From Endomicrobiales bacterium (GTDB lineage Bacteria; Elusimicrobiota; Endomicrobiia; Endomicrobiales; CAWCFT01), in contig CAWCFT010000004.1 of assembly GCA_963794945.1 (NCBI GenBank), positions 256,001 to 320,000 of the forward strand: a stretch of 64,000 bases of DNA, given 5' to 3'. Below, in pieces: positions 52,701 to 61,700 of this stretch; position 1 is the stretch's first letter, and every line of letters starts with the position of its first letter. The translations under genes and the position numbers were made by a program. The notes beneath the pieces were generated by a model that did no database searches, was not told where the DNA came from, and worked only from the letters and a program-made list of their open reading frames with translations.

Positions 52701-55700
52701 TAGTTTGATAACCGTTTGCAGGGAAAACAATAACACTCTGCGGCGACTGGCTCGGCGACGGCAGGTATGGCTGATAAATAAAAGTAACTGTATTTTGAAC
52801 AACTTCATAATTCCCCGCCTTATCCATGGCTCTTACAGCTACCTGGTAAGTATTTCCCTGCGACCATATCTGCTCCGCCCCAGGTCGCGTTAAAGGTCCA
52901 CGTGCCGCTGGAGTAACCGGAGAAACCTGTTACCGGCAGCCAGTGGGCATTGTCGGTCAACTGCCCGCTGTCCCAAAGGCCTCCTCCCTTGTACGTGTAC
53001 GGCGGTTGCGGGCTTATTTGAACGATATTAACAGTAACCGTGCTGATCACGGGGTTATAACCAAGAAGAGAATAATTTACCCCGCTCACAAGGTCGCTCA
53101 CAGTGCCCGATATGGTAGGCAGAGAGTTCGCCCATCCCGATTGCGAGCCGGCAGGAGGAATATTGGTTATTTGTGAAACCGGGTTATCAGGGTCGTACAC
53201 GATAATGGCGGAACTAAGGAGAATATAATTGGCACCTTGTTCGTAGTTGCCGGTATTAGGAGTATTGTTCCCGGGATAAGCGCTGTCCACGGCCATACTG
53301 CGGATCTCAAAAACTCCTCCGTGAGACCAATGCCCGCCGCCTCCGGCAAATGTTACCGAAGAAGCGTTCCACGTCCAGTTATCGTATGTCGGCGGGACTA
53401 AATTTGCCACTCCGCTGCCCGAATAGCTATTAGTCCAGCCGCCTGCGCCGCCGCCGGCGGTCTGGTCCCAGCAATAACCGCTGACCGGGTTCTTTACGTA
53501 CAGGTAGACCGCGTTCACGCCGCCGAAACTGGGTTCATACATATCATGAGCCGTTCCGTTGATGGCGCTGATATTATCAAAATACTGCTGTGAAACGTTT
53601 AGAGTCCCCGCGCTTTCCGTGATAGTGGTTATGGTTGACGAGGGAGCATCAACATCGTAAACAAAGTAGCTTTGATTTGCCAGAATTGTAGCAGCTGTCT
53701 CTTGATTTCCCACTGTGTCAACCGCTCTGGTTTTTAGGGTGTACTGAACATCCTGAAGCCAGTTTATGCTGCCGGGAACAGAATAGGCCCATACACAGTA
53801 GCTGCCCGATGGGACTGCTGTTGTGGAAAAATAGACGTTAAAAGTACCGGCGCCTCCAGAACTCGGTCACCCAGGCTGCTGCCGTTCCAGGCCTGGTTGC
53901 CGTTATAAGTCAATTCCATATCCACGTGGTCAACTTTGGTGGCGATAGGAGTAGCGGACGCCGTGCCTGCGATCATGGGTATCTGGCTGAAGAACTGTAA
54001 CAGGTTATTGGGCTGTGTTGCCTTAAATGACGTTGGCGGCTGAGTGGCGCAGGTAAATGTGTTCGATGTAACACCAACAGTCACAGTAGCCTGATAGTTT
54101 CCGGGGTATCCAAGGTGTCCCGGGTTTATAGCTGAGTCGCCGGCAATGGATGCGATAATATATTGATCGCCGCCGTTGAGCGGCGAGCAGGGAGGCACGC
54201 ATTGATATGTCCAGGAAGACGGCCAGATGGACGCGCTGTCCAAAGAATCAAAGCTTGCTGCCGGGCTCGTATTCCATTGGCCGCCGTAATAATACTTGCC
54301 CGAAGTAGTGTCCTGCAGGAAAATTTTCACGGCGCCGCTGGACTGCCATATTCCCGAGTTCGCGTCAAAATATTGACCGTAAAAAAGCGGCGCCTGGCCT
54401 GATATATCATTATTTTTGGGATAGGTTATGCTGGAAGTCGGCGGGACCACATCCCATATGAACGTTACAGTGCTGTAGATAACTTCCGAATTACTCGCGT
54501 TGTCCGTGGCCTGAGAATACACGGCGTACTGGCGGCCGGTAATAAACTGCGCTGAAGCATTGCTGACTGTTCCCACCCATGCCGCAGAATAGGTCTGCGG
54601 ATTGCTGAAACTTGATGTTGCGTTTGGAAATTCGCCGCTCTGGTCGAAAGAATTTGTGTTGCTCCACCACAGATTAGACGTCATGTCTTTCATGAACCAT
54701 TTTACGTGGTTTATTACGTCATTGGAATTGGACGTCGCGGTTCCTGTTATCTGCGTCAGGCTGCACATGTACGTGTTGTTTACGGGTGAAATAATTCCTG
54801 AATTGGGCCTCTGGGGGCTAACTTGAAAAGGTTCATAGACATAAGTTGCCGTAGAATATGCGCTTGAATAAACTCCGGTGCGGCCGCAGGCGCGCGCGAT
54901 TATCTGATAAACTTTATTAGCCGTCCATGTAGTAGTAGACAGGGGGAAAGACCAAGTATAAGTAACACCGGCATTTGTCGGCGTGCCGTTCCAGCCGATC
55001 AGCGTCCAGGCGTGAAGGCCGCTTGAGTCAGGCGTTCCGGTAGTTATGAAAACCGAGTCCGTAGTGTTCTGAATACTTATATATACGGCGGAAGACGCGC
55101 TGAGGCCGTAATTGTCGCTTGCAGTTCCCTGTATTGTTGGCGGAGTGGAAAGCCAGGTCTCGTTCGAAGTGACCGGCACGGTTATAGCTACCCGCCTGGC
55201 GTGCCGTCGCAGGTGAAAACGAAAGAACTTACGCCTACAACAACGTTCTCGTAGTTGCCGGGATACCCGATCCTCGCCTGATCAATTGCGGCGTCGCCGG
55301 CTATAGCTGCAAGCACATACTGGTCTCCGGGATTGAGCAAGCCCGTAAACTGGTAAGTCCATGACGATTGTGTCACTGGTATATAACCATTCTGCATTGT
55401 TACCGTTACCGGGCCTATTACCGCGCTGTCCAGGCCGTCATACGAATTGTTTGTAACAGAAGGAAGGTTATTGTGCCAAGCGCCTCCGTACCAGTATTGT
55501 CCCTGCTGCGCGCTGCCCTGCGTTATATCCTGCAGTAAAATCTTTACAGTACCGCTTGACGTGGGCCAGGTGCCCGGCCATATACCGGCTCCCACATCGC
55601 CGCAATTACCGTAGAATGTAGGCTGCCTGTCAGTATAGCTTGTGCCTACTCCTGCGTAAACAGGGAAGAAAATACTTGATGTGGGCTTTGCAACATCCCA

Positions 55701-58700
55701 TAAGAACGTTATGGTGTCATAATTTGTTTCAAAGTTGTTCCCGAAATCTTCGGCTTGTGTGTAAAGGGCATAGGTAGTGCCGGTAACCAGGCTGTTGTTT
55801 ATGGTAGAAACTATCACCGTCCACCCGGGTGCGTTATTGTTTAGAATACTTAGAGTACAGGTTGAGTTCAATACTTCCCCTGTGCCGCTGAACCCCCCCA
55901 AATGATTGCTGTATGTCCAATCCCACCACAGGTTCTGGTGAAGGTCTTTTATTGCGTACCTCACTTGCTGTATCTCGCAGTTGGTATCTTCAGCGGCCGT
56001 TCCTGTTATCGTATTTAAATTACAAACATAAACGCCCTTTGTGGGGCTGACAAAATTTGAATTCGGATACTGATACGTGCCTGTAACGTAGGGCTTGTCA
56101 TAAACGAACACTGCTGTCGAATACGTAGTTGAGAAAACCCCTGAGGCGTTGCAGGCCATCGCGACAGCCTGGAACTTGTGGTTCGCAGTCCAGGATGAGG
56201 CATTGATAGTGTAAGACCATGCAACACTTCCTGTTCCCGCGTTTGAAGGGGTCCCGCCCCATCCCATAAGTGTCCATGCGTGGTAGCCGCTTGCGTCTAT
56301 CGTACCGGTGGTGATAAACATGCCTGTGCCCAAATCCTGCACGCTTATATAAATGCCTGAAGATGAGCTCAATGCCCATGCATCGCTCGCTGTGCCCTGG
56401 ATGGTCATTGTTGCGTCATTGCGCCATGTAGTATTAGCGCCGGGAGTAGGCACTGTTATATTTATTGATGGAGTATTCCCGTCGCATATAAATGTAATGG
56501 AGCTGCCGTTTGCGCCAGTAGCCCATGAGTTCTGGTAATTTCCCGAAAGCTGATGCCCGTATGCGTCATTGCCGGACCTTGTTCGGTCAACGGCCGAGTC
56601 TCCGGCAATGGACATAAATATGTATGTGGCGCCCGGCGTTAGAGCGCCGGTATACTGGTATGTCCAAGATGAAACGGTTATATACATCCCGTTAGCGGCT
56701 GTTACGGATGTAGGTGGCCAGACAGTGGCGTTATCCAGCACATCGTAAGGATTATTTGTGGGCAGGCCGTTGTGCCAGGAACCGTTATACCAATACGTGT
56801 TGCCCTGGTTGAGGCTTTGGAGTAATATTTTGACAGTTCCGCTGGATTTCCATATACCCGCTCCGGTATCGTAGCAGTTTCCCGTAAACACTGGCCAACT
56901 GCTGGTATAAGTCGGGTTGCCGTTGTTGTAAACAGGGAAAGTTATAGTGGATGTTGGCGCGTTAACGACCCAAGTGAAAGTAAAAGTAGTGTAAGATTGC
57001 TGATAGTTGCCCGCGCTGTCGTTTGCCTGGGTATATATAGAGTAGCTGGTCCCGTTCGTAAGGTTGCTGTTTATGCTTGAAACCAGTATCTGCCAGCCTG
57101 GCTGGCTGCTCTGGCCGGATAGCGTGCAGGTATCATTCCACACCTCGCCGGTGTTGCCTATAAATGTGCCTACATGGCCGTTAGGGATCCAGTTCCACCA
57201 TAAACTGTCTTTGAGCCTTTTTAGAGCGTATTTTACGTCCGTGACGTATTCATTGCTGGGGCTATAAGACGTACCTGTTATTACAGCAAGGTTGCTTATG
57301 TAGGAGCTTGCTCCGGGGAACTGTGCCGCGATGACGGCTGATTGCGGAATATCACTGGGTTTTGAAGGAGAAATTTCGATTGTGCAGTAAGATGTTGTAT
57401 AAGCGCTTATATTACCGGCGGCGTCAACGGCCCGCGCTATCACGTTGTAGGCATGGTTGGTTGTAGAAAGCGTAACTGAATATGACCAGCTGACGCTTGT
57501 CCCGCCGTTAGTTGGAATGTTTGTCCAGGCGTGCAGCCCGCTTGTGTCCGGCGTTCCTGTAGTTACCCATACTCCTTGTGTGTTATCATACACGCTTACC
57601 TGTATTCCGGAAGAAGTGCTCAACCCGTAATTGTTCTGTGGCGCTGCCGGTTACGGTGAGAGTATAAGACGAGTATGCCACACCGGCCAACGGGGTAACA
57701 AGGTTTACAGTAGGCGCCGTTATATCTATTGTTATTGTTGAAGTTGAAAACAGCGAAACCAGCCCTGACTGGTCGACAGCCTCAGCTACAATAGTGAACG
57801 TTCCCTGCTCCCAGTTGATATTCTGTACTTGAGTGCTGTTGGAATTCCATCCAAACCAGTGGTTGTTGGTGTAAGTATTTGTGGGGTTCATCACCATCCA
57901 CGGGTTCGCGGGTACCGGGTACCATTTATTCTGGTTCTGGTCCCAGTAGCATGCCTGCCCATACCCGTTGAAGCTGTTGCCGGAGGTTTCAATAACCTTG
58001 ACCTGAACGCTGGCTATAGCCACCAGGTACGCGCCGCCCAACCCCTGTGCCGTTCCAGCCGTCATCGTTCGCGCTGCCTCCTACGGATATAGCAGTCGAT
58101 GTGCTCGCGAAAGTTGAGTTAGTCGCGGGTACGCTTATTGTAGCGGTCGGCGCGTAAACCATCCAGTAGAACGACGCCCCTGTCTGCAGAGTTTGCCAGT
58201 TTTGCGCCCTATCCTCCGCCTGTTCATCCATATAGTAGGTCTGCCGGTCAGTGAATGTTGACCCTCCAACTGTATAACTCCAACTTGAAGGGAACAAAGT
58301 ACTGTTAAACCACGCGTTAGAGGGGTTGACTGAATATGACCACTGCCAGTTGCCACTGTTGTTGTACCACCAGGAGGTATTCCCATTCAGGTCGGTTCTC
58401 TTTAATCTCACCTGCACCAGAGACACACCGCTGAAATCGGTCGAGTTTAACGTTGAGCTGTCAGAATAGGTTCCTGAAAAACTTGATATCGTGTTCGATT
58501 GGTTGTTATAAAATGAATTGGCCACCGGAAAGGTTATGGTGGATGTGGGGGCTACAACATCAAGGTCGAAACAAAAAGCGGAAGGCTCGTATTTTGTGGT
58601 GTTACCAAAACCGGTATAATTGGGGTTTACGTAGTCAGTTATAAGGCCGCCGCCCACATAATTTCCATATCCTCCGGTATTAACTATCTGCTGTGACCAG

Positions 58701-61700
58701 CTGTAGCCGGCGCCTCCCGCCCACTCAAAATCTTCAGTGTATCCCCTGTCGGTATTGGTCATAACTATTATCTTGTTAGAATACGGGTCGGGATAAGCCG
58801 CTACCCTGCTTGCCAGGCTGTTGCACCCCACGGAACTCGCGCTGGTACACTGGGTCCAACCCGCTCCTGGCGCGTAATACGCCCAGGCGAGGTTATAGGT
58901 ATTCGAAAACGCGGCGACCATGCTCGCGAACAAGCAAAGCCTTCCGCTCTGAGATTCCCATGCTATGTCCACGGGTGAACTCCACGGGGTATTGTAGTTC
59001 GTCTGGTTAACGTTGACCCCGCCAAACCAGTCAACTGTAAGGCCGCAGAACACCGTCATTCGCGGTAACGCCCCACGTGCCGGTGGCAAAGGTAACACCA
59101 GAAGAATAAGTAAAAGTGCTGAAAATATTCGTGTACATATGGCGCAGTGTCACGGTGTTCTGAGTGTTTATCGCCACCAGGCCTATCTGGCTTGTCATGG
59201 GATTTGCGGCAAGCCTTATTATGTCGAAATTGTCCGTTACGGTGCCTGACATTGTAGGCCCCGTATTGCCATATTGGCCCATGGTGCCGCCGTTCCCTAG
59301 GTTCCACACTGCGGCGGTACCGGTTGAAGACATCGTAGCGTATTGAAGTATGGATTGATAATTTGCCGTACCTCTTGTCCAGACCACAAGCGCGTTATAC
59401 GGCCATTGCTGCTGGAACTTAACGTCAAAGTTCTGGTAAGAAGTGAACTTATTCTGGCTTGAAGCAAGGTAATTGCCCGCTGAAATGCTTCCCTGAAGGG
59501 TCTGCAACGTATCAAAATCTTCATTTGACCCGTTCCATCTGGCCGCGTAAAGGTATGGCGGGTGGCTGGATGGGCCGTCAACAAATATAAAAACCGCATC
59601 GTTCGTGCCCGCGCGCGGGTCTCCGTCAGCCTTTATCCAGAGCGGAGCGCTATTGATCAGTGATATATTGGAGGGTGACGGGGTGGTTGTCCATGAACCG
59701 CCTGTGCCGTTAGGTGTCCATATAGCATAATAAGGAGTATTGGTGCTGTTGGAGAACACCACTATGGCCTTTCCCGTGGTTCTTTCAAAAGCAACATCCG
59801 CGCATTTAAAGTTGGCGTAGTCCGCGGTGTCGCTGAGGTAAAGGTTTCCAGCGAGAGTGATATAACTGCCGTTGATCCAGCCTGACCCGTTCCACACCTC
59901 GGCGCTTAGCACGCCTGTGCAGTCCATTGTAAGCATTACTTTTTGATTATAAACGGGGTTGGATTTAACTATAGTCCACCTGACGGCTTCGTTGTGCGGC
60001 TGAGACTGGCCGGATTGTATTTCATTGGTATTATTATTCGTGCCGTCATAAGTGCGTGTGTTTACCTGGTCGGTGAACTTGCCGTAACATAGAAGGTCAC
60101 CGCAAATACAGTACGGCTGGAACTCTGCCGAGGTAATGGAATAGGAAAGCGGGTAAGGTAGCCCCCATGGCGACCCGGCGCCTATGTTATAATTGATCCC
60201 GTACAACCTGTCTTCTCTGCGCGCGTTGCCTGAAGCATAACCGAAAAGGCTGCGTGTTACGCACGCAACCTCTACGTTCGAGTTCTGTGTATAGCAGATG
60301 CCTGGTATAGCGCTCGTTGATTGGACAACGACAGAATCGATATACTGCTGATTGCTGGGGTTGCCCTCCATGTTTTCATTTATCACGGTAGGGGTTGCCC
60401 ATGCGCTGCCGTTCCATATGGTAGAATAAAGCAGGCTCGCGTTATTCGCCGGCGCTCTGGTACAGTAAACCAATACGCAGGAACTGAAGCCAACTGTCCA
60501 CCCAATGTCGAAAGGCCTTCCGACAACGGCAAGATTGCTGACAGAATATAAGCTTACTGTCTGGGCGGCGCCAACGTAATCTATGCTATTATTAACAACG
60601 GTACCTCCTGCCGGGAAAGTCAGGTTGCCGGTACTTCCTCCGGAGGATATCCATACGCCCAAGTAATATCCACCGCTGTTAACTACCCCGATAGCTATCT
60701 GGTTGCCGTTCTCGTTATAGTTGGTGGTTGAAACAATAATACCAGTCCCCCATGAACAACTGTTCAGCGTCGCTGTGGCAGCTAAAGTTGAATACGAATT
60801 CAGGATCGCGCCGCTGCCGTCTATCATGTGCCAGCCGTACTTCAGGCCTGGGTCAGGGATTGTGCCGAATTTTCCGCTGCCGCTATTATATGCCGCAAGC
60901 AGCCCGGCGGTCGAAGGGAATGTGGATGAATAAACATGGAATTCCTCCATCATGCCTCCGAAGTAGCTTGGAGATGAGCCCGCTCTGTTGTTGGCGCCGA
61001 TATTTTTTATATCTCCCGCCCATGACGGCGCCAGGGCAAATTCGTTCGCCGCGGTAAGCGATACAGTATCAGGCGTGTAGTTATTAACGTAAAAATTGGC
61101 CGTTTGTGCCGCCGTGTCAACCATGACGGCTATAAAATACGTGGCATTTGCCGATAATGCGGGATTGTTAGTGCCCGGGTCGGTAAATGTATAGCTGAAT
61201 GTTGAAGAGATAGAGCCGTAGCTTGCCGTCAAATAGCCTGATGAGTTGATACCGAAGTATACTTTTGTGGTGTCAGGCGTGCCGCCACCTCCGCCTCCCA
61301 TAAAACCTGTAACCCAGCTGCAGTTATTCAAAGCCGCGGTGGAATAAGGCGTGGTATATGTTGCCGGGTTGCCTGTCCCGCCTGCCGCGACATCATTGAA
61401 GTGCCAGCCGTACTTCAGGCCCGGCTGGGTTGTGCCCCACCAGGCAGAACTGCTGTATTCCGCCATAATAGCCGCCACGGACGGGAACGTTGTGGAAAAC
61501 ACCTGGAACTCTTCTATGTTACCGGCAAAATAGTTTGGCGCTGCGACGGTATTCTGGGCTCCGATATTTTTCTGCATTGTCGCGGACGACGCGCCCATCG
61601 CGAACGAGTTAGCGGCTGTCATGGCTACCGCAGCGCTCGTATTATTGACATAAAACACTGCCTGCAGTGTTGACGTATCAACCATGACAGCGACAAAATA

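Larger units (their letters stand above)
22750..58570 (-). repeat. Class A bacterial Ig-like repeats, about 95-100 units of about 120 aa
   Basis: Consensus (Y/F)D.T.P.S.I..P.....Y..L.TISGTA.D...SGV..V.V.I......YW.G.SW......W.Y....W..G..Y.V...A.D.AGN.......F. Fourteen unit starts counted in ORF 38229-43448; total extrapolated from length. Confidence 0.88.
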
